A stretch of 64,000 bases of DNA, taken from Nitrospirota bacterium. GTDB lineage: Bacteria > Nitrospirota > Thermodesulfovibrionia > Thermodesulfovibrionales > JdFR-86. Both the position numbers and the translations under genes were made by a program. Location: the NCBI GenBank assembly GCA_963721805.1, contig CAVRJY010000002.1, positions 480,001 through 544,000 on the forward strand, written 5' to 3'. A model generated the notes under the pieces. That model saw nothing but the letters and a program-made list of their open reading frames with translations. It was not told the origin of the DNA and did no database searches. Below are positions 47,187 through 57,043 of the stretch, one piece after another (the stretch's first letter is position 1; the number at the start of each line of letters is the position of its first letter).

Positions 47187-48566
47187 TTATCTCACCGTTG
47201 CCCATGAAGTTATACTGGATATGTATGAGCCCTGAGTTTTCATGTCGTTGAGCGTCATCTCGAGCTGGGTGAACTGGTTTTGGTAGTTGGTCTGTATCTG
47301 GGTGAGCCTCGCCTGCATGTCCGTGATGTCAGTGCCGGCCTGGGTGATGGTGCTCTGAAGGCTCTTTTCCCGGAGCGTTAGGGAGCCGTATGTAAGGTCA
47401 GTGGCGTTTTTCGTTGCGTTGTATATGCTCGTGGACACGGCCTTGAGCATCTTCAGGGCGTCGGCGCTATTGCTTGAGAGGGCTGTTGCGAAGGCCGAGG
47501 AATCCATCGACAGCGTCACGCCGGTCTGGTCCAGATTGATCCCGGCCTGCGAAAGCGAGGACATGCTTGACGACAAACCGGAGATCGGGCTGGATATGAC
47601 CGACTGTATGCGGGTCATCAGGTCTCTCGCGGTGGACTCAGAGAACAGCTCTCCGCCGGTATTTGTCGTGGTGTCATAGGTGGAGTTCTGGTCGATGAAG
47701 CTGCGCAGGTCGTTATATGCGCTTACGAGCGATTGAAAATTCGTCGTGGCGGTGCTGGTGTCCGGCTTTATCTCTATGGTGGTCGAGGGTGGCGTTGTCT
47801 TGTTGGCCTTCTCGAGAGTGAAGGTGACGCCAGTGATTACGTCCGAGATGGTGTTGGTGTCGCGCGTGATCTGGGTGCCGTCGACCGTGAAAATGGCGCT
47901 CTGGGCCTTGCTGGTCTGGGTGAAGCTCGACGCGGTGAAATCCACGCTGCCGGTGCCGTCCAGCGTGGTGCCGGAGTCGACCGTGATGCCGTTTGAGTCT
48001 CCGCTGCTGGCGCCGGTGAGCACGAGGCGGTAGTTGGTTCCGTCGTTGAGGACCGTGGCGGTGACGCCGGGATTGTTGGTGTCGTTATTGATCGAGTCGG
48101 CAAGGTCCTGAAGCGTATCGCCGGATTTTACAGCGACCGTGGTCTGTTTGCCGCCGTAGGTATACTGGAAGGCCTTGTCCGAACCGCTTGAGTTGACGAC
48201 GGTCGTGGCGGAAGCCACACCGCTGTGGACTTCCTTTTCCTGCTGGGCGAGCTGAGTGACCGCGATTGTGTACTTCCCCGCGGTCGCATTCGCGGTCGAC
48301 GTGGCAGTCAGAATCGAGCTGTCGGCGACAGAGAGGGAGTTAGAGGAATATCCTGTGGAAAACTGCAGTATGTCAGCGGCTTTTTGGAGCGCAGTCACCT
48401 TGGTGTTGAGCTGGTTATAGGTATCGAGCTTGTTTTGGTAGTCGGTCTGCTTGTTCTGCAGTTGCGTCAGAGGCTGCTGCTCGACGGACATGAGCCCGCT
48501 GATCAGCGCGTTGTAATCTATGCCCGAACTCAACCCCGTTGTGATCGCGAACGTCGAACCCGCCAT
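47187..48566 (-). CDS. fliD: Flagellar cap protein FliD
   Basis: GLSSGID, VTQLAQ, N..SDVITGVTFTL and QFTQLE. Confidence 0.95.
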   Translation of the reverse strand: MAGSTFAITTGLSSGIDYNALISGLMSVEQQPLTQLQNKQTDYQNKLDTYNQLNTKVTALQKAADILQFSTGYSSNSLSVADSSILTATSTANATAGKYTIAVTQLAQQEKEVHSGVASATTVVNSSGSDKAFQYTYGGKQTTVAVKSGDTLQDLADSINNDTNNPGVTATVLNDGTNYRLVLTGASSGDSNGITVDSGTTLDGTGSVDFTASSFTQTSKAQSAIFTVDGTQITRDTNTISDVITGVTFTLEKANKTTPPSTTIEIKPDTSTATTNFQSLVSAYNDLRSFIDQNSTYDTTTNTGGELFSESTARDLMTRIQSVISSPISGLSSSMSSLSQAGINLDQTGVTLSMDSSAFATALSSNSADALKMLKAVSTSIYNATKNATDLTYGSLTLREKSLQSTITQAGTDITDMQARLTQIQTNYQNQFTQLEMTLNDMKTQGSYISSITSWATVR

Positions 48567-48567
48567 C

Positions 48568-48975
48568 TTACGCCTCCTTGTTCACGAACAGCCCGCCCTT
48601 TTCTCCGCCTTGTTCATTGTTAAGGGCTTCAGCCACCTTCACAAGTTCCTCCGGGGGGACCTGTTTTATGACCTCTCCCGTGTCCTTATCCACGATCTTC
48701 GCTATGACCATGCCGGCCTCGTGGTCGATCTCCAGCTTGAGGCTCCTGTTGCTAAAGCGCTCGAAGCTGTCCAGCTTCACGTCCTTCTTATCGGCATGTT
48801 CCCCTTGTTTCTTTAATTCAACTACAGCAGCGGCTCCGTTATTGCTTTTGGCTGTGACCGCAGAGTTCTCTGTCTGTTTCTTGGCCGCGCCGCTACTGTC
48901 GCTGGAATCCGGTTTCAAGAACTTGGGGGAGGCCATGGCCGCAGCCTGTTGGGCTATGCCTATGTCCGTGTTCAT
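48568..48975 (-). CDS. flaG: Flagellar protein FlaG
   Basis: IVDKDTGEVIKQVPPEE...GLFVN. Confidence 0.92.
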   Translation of the reverse strand: MNTDIGIAQQAAAMASPKFLKPDSSDSSGAAKKQTENSAVTAKSNNGAAAVVELKKQGEHADKKDVKLDSFERFSNRSLKLEIDHEAGMVIAKIVDKDTGEVIKQVPPEELVKVAEALNNEQGGEKGGLFVNKEA

Positions 48976-49003
48976 CTTCTCTAGTCCCCTTTCGCCTTAT
49001 TGT

Positions 49004-49035
49004 TGCCGGACGGCCCCAAGAGGAGCCGTCCGGCA
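49004..49035 (-). terminator. Strong stem-loop after fliC (terminator or stabiliser)
   Basis: tgccggacggc/gccgtccggca inverted repeat; no clear U-tract on the minus strand. Confidence 0.55.
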
Positions 49036-49061
49036 CATAGGCCGTTCTTATATTTTGCGGA

Positions 49062-49925
49062 TTACTTCAGGAGCTGCAGGGCCTGCTGCGGAAGCGCGTT
49101 GGCCTGGGCCAATATGGCCGTGGCCGACTGCACCAGGATCTGGTTTCTCGTGAACGTCGCGGTCTCAGATGCGAAGTCCGCATCCTGTATGCGCGAGTTG
49201 GCTGCGCTGAGGTTCTCGGACGTCGTGCTCAGGTTCGATATCGTGCTCGTGAGCCTGTTCTGGATGGCGCCGAGCGCGCCGCGCATCGTGCTGACGTTGC
49301 CGATGGCGGTATCGAGGGTGTTGAGCATGTTCTTGGCGTTCGTCTGGCCGGTCTTGTCGCCGGGGGTCGTATCGTCGATCGTTGCGTTGGCTGCTATCCC
49401 GAGGCCGAGCGAGGACGCCGCGGAAGCGAGCTTGATGTTGATCTGGTCGTTTGCGGTCGCATGGAACCCGACCTGCAGCGCGACGCCGGTGCCAACGCTC
49501 AGCGTCCCGTCGAGGAGCTTGGTGCCGTTGAACTCCGTGACGTTGCTGATACGGTCGATTTCCTGCTTCAGCTGCTGGAACTCGGTGTCCGTGGCGGTGC
49601 GGTCTCCGGCGGCGAGGGTGCCGTTGGCCGACTGGGTCGCGAGCTCCCTCATACGGGCAAGGATGTCGCCGATCTGCTGGAGGCCGCCCTCAGCGGTCTG
49701 GGCAAGGCTGGTGCCGTCCTGAGCGTTCCTGACCGCAACGGCGATGCTGCGGACCTGTGAGGTCAGCTTGGAGGATATGGCCAGCCCGGCCGCATCGTCC
49801 TTCGCCGAGTTGATGCGCAGGCCCGATGAGAGCCTCTGTACGGAAACGTTCAGTGCTTCGCTGTTCGCTGCCAGGTTTCTCTGTGCGTCGAGGGATGCTA
49901 CGTTTGTGTTGATTACGAGTGACAT
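49062..49925 (-). CDS. fliC: Flagellin (short, 287 aa)
   Basis: INTNVAS...RLSSGLRINSAKDDAAGLAI and C-terminal SRIQDADFA...QANALPQ. Confidence 0.98.
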   Translation of the reverse strand: MSLVINTNVASLDAQRNLAANSEALNVSVQRLSSGLRINSAKDDAAGLAISSKLTSQVRSIAVAVRNAQDGTSLAQTAEGGLQQIGDILARMRELATQSANGTLAAGDRTATDTEFQQLKQEIDRISNVTEFNGTKLLDGTLSVGTGVALQVGFHATANDQINIKLASAASSLGLGIAANATIDDTTPGDKTGQTNAKNMLNTLDTAIGNVSTMRGALGAIQNRLTSTISNLSTTSENLSAANSRIQDADFASETATFTRNQILVQSATAILAQANALPQQALQLLK

Positions 49926-49949
49926 TGTTGCTTCCTCCTTGAATAAGTT

Positions 49950-49971
49950 CTTCGAGCGTCCATGCCCGAAG
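49950..49971 (-). promoter_or_regulatory. CsrA-binding hairpin in the fliC leader
   Basis: CUUCGGGC-AUGGAC-GCUCGAAG, with ANGGA in the loop just upstream of the AAGGAGG SD. Confidence 0.75.
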
Positions 49972-50058
49972 TAACGACTATGCTAAATGGAACTAACCGC
50001 CCCTTTCCGTGCTCCCTCCTTTCCGGGCGGAGAGTGATAAAATTAACTGTATCAATAC

Positions 50059-50086
50059 TTATCGGCCAGGCGCGGGGAAAACTTTA
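50059..50086 (-). promoter_or_regulatory. sigma28 promoter of fliC
   Basis: TAAA-N16-GCCGATAA with an AT-rich upstream tract. Confidence 0.88.
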
Positions 50087-50161
50087 ACGTTTTTTAATAT
50101 TATTTTTAAATTTTAAAATCGCCTTTAAAACCAGTAGGTTAGGGGGGGGGTATGCGTGCTG

Positions 50162-50446
50162 CTAAGGGAGCTTGCCGGCGGTTTGAGCGTTGAGTTTGTA
50201 TAAAAATGCCAGGATTTCGGCTACCGCCCTGTAAAGTTCCGAGGGGATTTCCTGGTTTACCTCAAGTGCCGATAGGACCTCGACGAGTTCCTTGTCCTCG
50301 CGGACCGGGACCCCGTTATCGCGTGCGATCTGCATGATGCGCTCGGCCACGACCCCGCGGCCCTTGGCCACCAGCCTCGGGGCGTTGTCCTCGCCGTGCC
50401 TGTACTTCAGGGCTGTCGCGAGCAGTGGTTTTCTTTCCTCGTCCAT
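50162..50446 (-). CDS. FlhB C-terminal-like export switch protein (FlhX/YlqH)
   Basis: ATALKY...APRLVAKGRG...IPSELYRAVAEIL. Confidence 0.9.
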   Translation of the reverse strand: MDEERKPLLATALKYRHGEDNAPRLVAKGRGVVAERIMQIARDNGVPVREDKELVEVLSALEVNQEIPSELYRAVAEILAFLYKLNAQTAGKLP

Positions 50447-50448
50447 CC

Positions 50449-52761
50449 CTACACCTTTATATTGATACCGCTCGGGGCCTGTTCCCCGATGCGCATGCCG
50501 TGTTTTTGTACGATATTCATCGCAGATACCCTTAAGCCCTGCGCGCTGAACCTCCTGGCCAGCTCGCCCGAGCCGCCTCTGATCGCGAGTTCGGTCTTGG
50601 GATCCTCGGCCAGCATCGAGAGGTAGATCGAGCCGCCGAAGGTGGTAACCGAGAACGATACCTTGCCGATAGGGTCCATATCGAGGCTGATGTCGCAGGT
50701 ATGAGAGGGGCGGCCCCCCTCGTTTTTCTTCCTGAATGTCAGCTCGCCGTCGCGGAGCTGCTCCCATGCGGCCGGGAAGAACATATTGAGCATGTTCTCG
50801 ACCTTCGAGGTCAGCTGGAAGAACTCGATGTTCCTGAGTATCTTCTCGACATTGGCGTTCATGTCCGCATTGCTGATCCCGTGGCTGCGCAGCAGCCTCA
50901 CCATCTCCGCGGTCTTGAGTTTTTCGGAGATCCCCAGCAGGGTCTCCTTCAGGTCCGGCCGCTGCTGCATGCGCGTTAGGCTCGTACGCATCGGCCCGGC
51001 CGGGAGCGGCTTGCCAGCAAGCAGGCGGGTGATCAGCGTGACCTCGTTGTCCGTGAGCCCGGCCGTTCTCAGGGACGAGCTCACGGCCGGCGTATCCAGC
51101 GCCTCTGCGAATTTCTCGATCAGCCCGCGTCGGAGCTGCCCGGCCTGCATCTGCGATATGAAGGCCATCGCGCTCTGGCTGGGGCCCGTGCGGCCTCCGA
51201 GGGCGTTTATCAGCACCGCTATCTCTGGCTCTGTGATGCCCTGAGATTTTAGGGCATCGATCACTCCCCCGGTGCTTAAGGCCTCGGCGAGCCTCGGCAG
51301 CACAGCGGCATACGGCCCATTGGTTAGCGAATTGAGGGCCGCGGACATATCCATGGCCGAACGCCCGCCGACGAACGAGCCTAACTTCCCGGCCAGCACG
51401 TTCATCACAAGCTCGATCTCGCTGCCCGAGACCCCGGCCGAGCGGTATGCGGACCCGATCTCCCGGTTGCCGACGGCCCTTATCATGGCAGCGATCACCT
51501 CGTCGCCCGGTTGGGTAGTGCCGCGAAGCACTTGCACCAGGAGGTCCATATGCTGGGTATTGAGCCTGAGCGAACCGAATGCCTGCTGCACGGACGGCTC
51601 CGTACCTGCCTCGACGAACCGCTCAATTGCAGCGTTAATAACAGACTGCCCTGAACCACCCGGCTGTGCAGCGACGCCCGGCTGTGCAGCGGCACCCGGC
51701 TGTGCAGCGGCGCCCGGCTGTGCAGTGACGCCCGGATGGACAGCGACACCCGGTTGGGCCGCGACGCCCGGTTGGGCTACGACACCCGGTTGGGCAGCGA
51801 CGCCCGGCTGTGCAGCGACTCCCGGCTGTGCAGCGACGCCCGGCTGTGCAGCGGCTCCCGGCTGTGCAGCGGCTCCCGGCCGGACAGTGACGCCCGGCTG
51901 GACAGTGACGCCCGGCTGGACAGTGACGCCCGGCTGGACAGCGACGCCCGGCTGGACAGCGACTCCCGGCTGTGCAGCGACTCCCGGCTGTGCAGCGACG
52001 CCCGGCTGTGCAGCGACGCCCGGCTGGACAGCGACGCCCGGTTGGACAGCGACTCCCGGCTGGACAGTGACGCCCGGTTGTGCAGCGACGCCCGGTTGTG
52101 CAGCGACGCCCGGTTGTGCAGCGACGCCCGGTTGTGCAGCGACACCCGGCTGAATTTGAGGTGAGAGGCCCTGAAGCACCGCGAGCTTAACCTTTGCCTC
52201 ATACATTATGCCCGAGCCCTCGACCGAGGCCCGGAGGCCGGCAGCATCAAGCCCCTCGGCTGGGGGCAGGGCGCGGTCTAAAGTGGCGAGTTCGGGGATA
52301 GCCGCGCGGATTGGAGCGGGCAGCGATTTTAGAACATGGATGGCCTGCGCCAGATCGGATGACGTCATCCGGGCATCGGAGAAACCGGCGAGCAGCTCTC
52401 TTGCAATGCCCTCGATGGCCGAGGGTTGTTCAGCCTCGGCCGTGGTGCCCAGAAACCTGAGCGCGACGCCTCCGCCTTCTCCCCCGGTAACCTCGAGGAG
52501 CACGGTCTGGCCCTTCGGGAGCGGCACCTGTGACGGGACGTTCAGAAACAGGTTGTCCTGCTGCAGACCGGGCTGGGCCTCGCCCTTGCCTGTAGGGAGG
52601 ATGACCTTTAGCGAGACGATCCCGTTGAGGATGTAATCCATGACTTCGGCCTTCAGCACGGTGCCGATTCGAAGGGAACTGGCTGCTGCGGGGGTGACGC
52701 TGGCGGCCGGAATGGTGAGCACCGTCCCGGGGTCCACGTATCCGCCTGTTACCGCTTCCAT
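50449..52761 (-). CDS. FliK-like hook-length-control-domain protein with an internal hexapeptide repeat
   Basis: C-terminal Flg_hook-like segment (LDMDPIGKV...ELARRFSAQGL); precedes the FlhB_C-like gene. Confidence 0.7.
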   Translation of the reverse strand: MEAVTGGYVDPGTVLTIPAASVTPAAASSLRIGTVLKAEVMDYILNGIVSLKVILPTGKGEAQPGLQQDNLFLNVPSQVPLPKGQTVLLEVTGGEGGGVALRFLGTTAEAEQPSAIEGIARELLAGFSDARMTSSDLAQAIHVLKSLPAPIRAAIPELATLDRALPPAEGLDAAGLRASVEGSGIMYEAKVKLAVLQGLSPQIQPGVAAQPGVAAQPGVAAQPGVAAQPGVTVQPGVAVQPGVAVQPGVAAQPGVAAQPGVAAQPGVAVQPGVAVQPGVTVQPGVTVQPGVTVRPGAAAQPGAAAQPGVAAQPGVAAQPGVAAQPGVVAQPGVAAQPGVAVHPGVTAQPGAAAQPGAAAQPGVAAQPGGSGQSVINAAIERFVEAGTEPSVQQAFGSLRLNTQHMDLLVQVLRGTTQPGDEVIAAMIRAVGNREIGSAYRSAGVSGSEIELVMNVLAGKLGSFVGGRSAMDMSAALNSLTNGPYAAVLPRLAEALSTGGVIDALKSQGITEPEIAVLINALGGRTGPSQSAMAFISQMQAGQLRRGLIEKFAEALDTPAVSSSLRTAGLTDNEVTLITRLLAGKPLPAGPMRTSLTRMQQRPDLKETLLGISEKLKTAEMVRLLRSHGISNADMNANVEKILRNIEFFQLTSKVENMLNMFFPAAWEQLRDGELTFRKKNEGGRPSHTCDISLDMDPIGKVSFSVTTFGGSIYLSMLAEDPKTELAIRGGSGELARRFSAQGLRVSAMNIVQKHGMRIGEQAPSGINIKV
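51658..52152 (-). repeat. 18-bp coding tandem repeat, about 27.5 units (QPGVAA consensus)
   Basis: Counted directly from the translation: 27 full units plus QPG. Confidence 0.97.
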
Positions 52762-52888
52762 CCCTGGCCTTTCAATATATATGACGCACCAAGGCACAAG
52801 GCCCCCCTCCCGGCCCATCCGGAACGGGGCTGATCGTGTCCAGCCGTCGCGTATATATTACCCCGCGCATCCTTGCGGGGGCGTAGTC

Positions 52889-53278
52889 TCAGTTCGGGCT
52901 TTCGGCTACGGCCTGCACGCCTATCATGAGCTTCGAATTGATTGCGAGCGGGCCCTCGAGGTTTGCGATGACCTCGTCGTTTTCGACCCTGAGTATGACG
53001 AGCAGCGCCAGGTCGTCGTCTTCTTCGAGCCTGAGCGCGCCCCTGGTCGTGCCGCCAATCTCGACCGCGAACTCTTTGATGAACTTCTGGGGCGGCGTCA
53101 CGATGAACGCTATGTCGGGGTCATCGACGCTCTGGAGCCACTTCAGCTCGGTGTCCTTGTAGTCGAGCAGCAGGTAGCGCTTCAGCGACGGGAAGCCGAG
53201 CAGACCTTCGTGGAAAGTGATGATCTTCCGTTCGTCGACGCCGAGGGTGCCGAACCTGGAGGTGGTGATAGAAATCAT
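52889..53278 (-). CDS. fliW: Flagellar assembly factor FliW
   Basis: TSRFG, GLLGFP, WLQSVDDPDIAF and ANLEGPL. Confidence 0.93.
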   Translation of the reverse strand: MISITTSRFGTLGVDERKIITFHEGLLGFPSLKRYLLLDYKDTELKWLQSVDDPDIAFIVTPPQKFIKEFAVEIGGTTRGALRLEEDDDLALLVILRVENDEVIANLEGPLAINSKLMIGVQAVAESPN

Positions 53279-53505
53279 CTCTTCCCCATCGCCTCCTTCA
53301 GTTTCGAGAAGGCATCCATGGAGGAGGAGGCCGCCAGGCGGTTTTCCTGCTTGACCCTCTCGTATATCTCCCCGCGGTGTATGACCACGCTCGGCGGGGC
53401 CTTGATCCCGATCCTCACATGGCCCCCCTTGATCTCCACTATCGAGACGACAATGTCCTCTCCGATGCGGATCTCCTCGCCGAGTTTCCTTGTCAGGACA
53501 AGCAT
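53275..53505 (-). CDS. csrA: Carbon storage regulator CsrA
   Basis: MLVLTRKLGEEIRIG...VRIGIKAP...IHRGEIY. Confidence 0.97.
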   Translation of the reverse strand: MLVLTRKLGEEIRIGEDIVVSIVEIKGGHVRIGIKAPPSVVIHRGEIYERVKQENRLAASSSMDAFSKLKEAMGKR

Positions 53506-53566
53506 GCAGCCTCCGTCGCACCCGATTTTCCGTAAGCCGCTCTATCATAACATTTCACCCTCGGCT

Positions 53567-54454
53567 TTACTTGATGAAATCCAGGAGGCTTTGGTTGATT
53601 ATCTTTCCGGCCGACTGCTGCATGGCGGTAAGCGCGATTTGCGTCTTGTTGAGCGACGACGCCGTTGTGGCGTAGTCCGCGTCCTGGACGCCGGACAGCT
53701 GCGTCTGTAGCGTGAGCTGCGTGTTGCTTATGCGTGTCTTAAGGCCGTCGAGACTGCTGAGCCTCGAGCCGATCAGAGAGTTGACTTCGCTGACGTGAGT
53801 GCTGGCCGCGTCTATCCTGTCGAGGGAGGCCTTGATGGTCGTAGTGTCGTTGTTCGTCAGGGCCGTCTGCAGGTTGTCGAGCATGCCGAATATGTTGCCC
53901 TGACCGTCGAAGCCGTCGAATACCTGGCTGCCCGGTACGGTGGTGTCGACATAGGTGTTGTTTTCGACAAGCACCTTCTTGACGTTCGAGTCGCCCTGAT
54001 ATGTGCCGGTCGCAGGATCGTACGCAGGGGTGCCGGTCTTGAATCCGGAGAAAATATAGTTGCCTTCGTACTGGCTGTTGGCTACGTTCATCAGAAACTC
54101 GCGGTCGTTTTTCACTTCCTCGGAGATCGAGGCGCGGTCGTCGGCCGACAGCGTCCCGTTGGCCGCCTGCACGGTGAGTTCCTGTATGCGCGACAGCGTA
54201 TCGGAGACGTTCTGGACGAGCCCCGACGCATACGAGAGCTTGCCGGTGGCGTCGTTGACGTTGTTCAGATACTGGGATCCGGCGTTGATCGAGACCTGGT
54301 AGTCCTGCGCCTCCGAGTAGCCGACCACGTCGTCGGAGGGCTTGGTGAATTTATTGCCGCTTGAGAGCTGGCTGTATAGGTCGTTCATGTTCTGAAGGCT
54401 GCTTTGATAGCTCGTCAGAACCTGATCATAGATCATGCTTTGCGTTACTCTCAT
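53567..54454 (-). CDS. flgL: Hook-associated protein 3
   Basis: MRVT..., QLSSG...PSDD and YIFSG. Confidence 0.93.
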   Translation of the reverse strand: MRVTQSMIYDQVLTSYQSSLQNMNDLYSQLSSGNKFTKPSDDVVGYSEAQDYQVSINAGSQYLNNVNDATGKLSYASGLVQNVSDTLSRIQELTVQAANGTLSADDRASISEEVKNDREFLMNVANSQYEGNYIFSGFKTGTPAYDPATGTYQGDSNVKKVLVENNTYVDTTVPGSQVFDGFDGQGNIFGMLDNLQTALTNNDTTTIKASLDRIDAASTHVSEVNSLIGSRLSSLDGLKTRISNTQLTLQTQLSGVQDADYATTASSLNKTQIALTAMQQSAGKIINQSLLDFIK

Positions 54455-54480
54455 TTTGGTCCTCCTATGTCAAGCCCTGA

Positions 54481-56274
54481 TTATGTTCCAGACCCAAGCG
54501 AGATCACGGTCTGCATGAGCAGGTCCGCGACTGTGATTATGCGGGCCGAGGCCTGGTATGCACGCTGGTACTTTTCCAGGTTCACGGCCTCTTCGTCGAT
54601 CGATACAGCGCTTATCTGATCGCGCCTGTTTTGAAGGTCGCTTTGCAGGGTAGCGTCAAAGGTGCTGGCGTTGTTTGCGGAGGCGGCAGCAGTTCCTATC
54701 TTCGACACGATGGAACTGTAGTACTTGGAGAGCGTGCCATTCTGTCCGCCTATGCTCAGGCTCGCAGTCTGGAGGTTCGCTATCGCGAGGGCGTTGATGT
54801 TGTTGCCCGGCCCGTTGTCGAGCGTGAGGCTGACGGAGGTCGAGGCCGTGCCGCTGCCGGTTGAGTTGTCGTCGAGTGTCGCTGTGCTGCCGAGCGTGCC
54901 GGTGGCAGGGGTGACCGTGACCGAGGTGCCGGTGGCAGGGTTCGATCCGCCCCACCCGGTGATCGAGATCGGTACGGCGCCGCTTGCCGGGTTTGCGAGA
55001 ATGGCGGTGACGTTTCCGTTTCCGTCGTCTGCGAACGTATAGCCCTGAAGCGTCCCGTTGTTGGTCTGTTCGGTATGGAGCGCGTTATAAAACGCTGTGG
55101 CGTCGCCGGTCGCGGAGCCTGTCCCGGTGTAAGAAAGCGATATGCCGTCTATGGTGAAGTTTACCGTCTCGCCGGGGTCCGAGGTGAAGCCGCTGAACGT
55201 GGCCCCAACATTAGACGCCGGCAGCGACGCGGCGATCTGTGAGGGGTCCGTGATGGCCAGCCTCATGTTATTTATTATGTTTGCCGGATCGACGGCGGAT
55301 GACGAGGGGGTGAAGAAGTCGCGGCCGGTGACGCCGTCGAGCCCGTAGCCCTGTCTGTGCTGCGCGTTAACGTTGTCGACTATCGAAGCCATGAGGTTTC
55401 TGAGCGGATCTATAGCGTTTGAGCGTACGGAGGCCCTGAGGGCTGTGTCTCCCGCAACGCTCCCCTGCGTAATATATTGCTCTATCTGGGAGTTGCCCAC
55501 AAAGTAATGGACGTCCTGGTTGGCGTCGGTCTGCGTCGTGATCTGTCTCGATATGTTTCCGTCGACGAGGTTCTGTCGGCCGACGATGACCGTAATCTGG
55601 CCGGTAGTACTGTTTGTCACGGTGTTGAAATTTACGTATTTTGCGAGCTGCGTCAAGTCGTTGTCACGCTGGTCGAGCAGGGTGCTTGCTTTGCTCGGTC
55701 CTCCGGCGGTCGATATCTTGGCGTTTAGGTCAGCGATGTCTTTCGTCAGCGAATTTATCCCGGTAGCGGTGCTGGTCAGGTCGTTGTTGGCATTGGTTAT
55801 TATGGTTTCAAGGGAACTCTGCATCTGCTGGGCATTGCCGATGAGGTCGTTGGCGTTCTGCATGAGCACAGTGCGCTGAGAAATGTCCTCGGGATTGTTA
55901 ACCACGTTATTCCATGAAGTGAAAAAGGCGTTCAGCGAACTTGACAGCCCGGCCCCGGCAGCATCGTTAAAGACCTGCTCGGCCTGGCCGAGCCCGCCTG
56001 AAATCGAACTGGACGTCGCGGCGGTGGACGTCTGTGTAAGGAGCTGGTTATTTAAAAGCGCGTCGTAATCGCGCTTTATGCCCGTGGCGCTCACGCCGGT
56101 GCCGACCTGCCCGATTACCCCGTAGTTTGAAGGGGTTAGAGGGGTGAGCTCGACCTCCTCGCGGGAGTAGTTTGGAGTGTTTACGTTGTTTATGTTGTTT
56201 GCGCTGACAGTAAGGGCCAGCTGGCTGGTATTAACGCCGGTCAGGCCTGTATTAAAAAGCCCCTGTATGGACAT
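54481..56274 (-). CDS. flgK: Hook-associated protein 1
   Basis: NINNVNTPNYSR, LLDQRD and VSIDEEAVNL..YQRAYQASAR. Confidence 0.94.
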   Translation of the reverse strand: MSIQGLFNTGLTGVNTSQLALTVSANNINNVNTPNYSREEVELTPLTPSNYGVIGQVGTGVSATGIKRDYDALLNNQLLTQTSTAATSSSISGGLGQAEQVFNDAAGAGLSSSLNAFFTSWNNVVNNPEDISQRTVLMQNANDLIGNAQQMQSSLETIITNANNDLTSTATGINSLTKDIADLNAKISTAGGPSKASTLLDQRDNDLTQLAKYVNFNTVTNSTTGQITVIVGRQNLVDGNISRQITTQTDANQDVHYFVGNSQIEQYITQGSVAGDTALRASVRSNAIDPLRNLMASIVDNVNAQHRQGYGLDGVTGRDFFTPSSSAVDPANIINNMRLAITDPSQIAASLPASNVGATFSGFTSDPGETVNFTIDGISLSYTGTGSATGDATAFYNALHTEQTNNGTLQGYTFADDGNGNVTAILANPASGAVPISITGWGGSNPATGTSVTVTPATGTLGSTATLDDNSTGSGTASTSVSLTLDNGPGNNINALAIANLQTASLSIGGQNGTLSKYYSSIVSKIGTAAASANNASTFDATLQSDLQNRRDQISAVSIDEEAVNLEKYQRAYQASARIITVADLLMQTVISLGSGT

Positions 56275-56742
56275 CTAGGTCTCCTTCGACAGCAGTCTGC
56301 CGGGCCTGTCTGCGGACACGGTCGCTATGCCTAGGGATTCAAAGAACCTCGTGGAATTCCTCACATAGCGGAGGGAACGCTCTATCAGAACTTTGTTGAC
56401 AGAGTTAAGTTCGCTGCATGCCTGCACGATGCTCATGAGCATGGAGCGCTGGGCCTCGAGGGCTGCGTCGCCCGTATGCTCGGCGATGCGCCTTAAGCTC
56501 ACAGGGGACTGCATGCACGCCTCGGGGTGCTCGTGGGCGAACTTCGAGGTCAGCCTGGCCCGTTCCTCCTCAAGGAGCCTGATCCGCATCAGCGCGGTGT
56601 CCTTGCGCTTCGAGAGCTCCTCGACCGCCGATGCGTCGAGGTCGTGGAGGCTCTGGCGCTCCGCCTCCAGCAGGTCCCTCAGCGTCAGGTAGCTGCCGGT
56701 CAGGTCGGAGAGGATCCTGGCTATGGCCCCGGTCCCGTTCAT
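56275..56742 (-). CDS. flgN: Flagellar chaperone FlgN
   Basis: Helical protein with ELN..N..LIERSL, between flgM and flgK. Confidence 0.85.
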   Translation of the reverse strand: MNGTGAIARILSDLTGSYLTLRDLLEAERQSLHDLDASAVEELSKRKDTALMRIRLLEEERARLTSKFAHEHPEACMQSPVSLRRIAEHTGDAALEAQRSMLMSIVQACSELNSVNKVLIERSLRYVRNSTRFFESLGIATVSADRPGRLLSKET

Positions 56743-57038
56743 ATTATCTCGTCAAGGATCTTTCCCGCGAGTTTTTCGGCATCCACGCTGTAGCTGCCGT
56801 CCTGGATCGACTGCCTCAGCTCCGCGACCTTTTCGGTGCGCACCTCAGGCTGCGCCGAGATCAGCCCGAGCAGTTCGGAGACCCCTTTGCTCTTGCCCGA
56901 TACGTTTACCTTGTCAGCGCTGGCGGCCTTCTTCTCGTCCGGGGCCTTGTTGCCCTCGGCCTTCTTTCGCTCCACGCGGCTGAGCCCAGTTGCCTGGACC
57001 TGATTGACCTCCGGCGGTATCCCATCTATGTTGCTCAT
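56739..57038 (-). CDS. flgM: Anti-sigma28 factor FlgM
   Basis: DKVNVS...VRTEKVAELRQSIQDGSYSVDAEKLAGKI; start may be 57047. Confidence 0.92.
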   Translation of the reverse strand: MSNIDGIPPEVNQVQATGLSRVERKKAEGNKAPDEKKAASADKVNVSGKSKGVSELLGLISAQPEVRTEKVAELRQSIQDGSYSVDAEKLAGKILDEII

Positions 57039-57043
57039 ATGGC

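Noticed and set aside
51658..52152. Regular repeats resembling a CRISPR array
   Set aside because: Contiguous 18-bp in-frame coding units with no unique spacers, and no cas genes in the window.
51272..52164. Repetitive ORFs in other frames (TPGCAA, DARLDS, SRASLH)
   Set aside because: Alternative-frame by-products of the 18-bp repeat.
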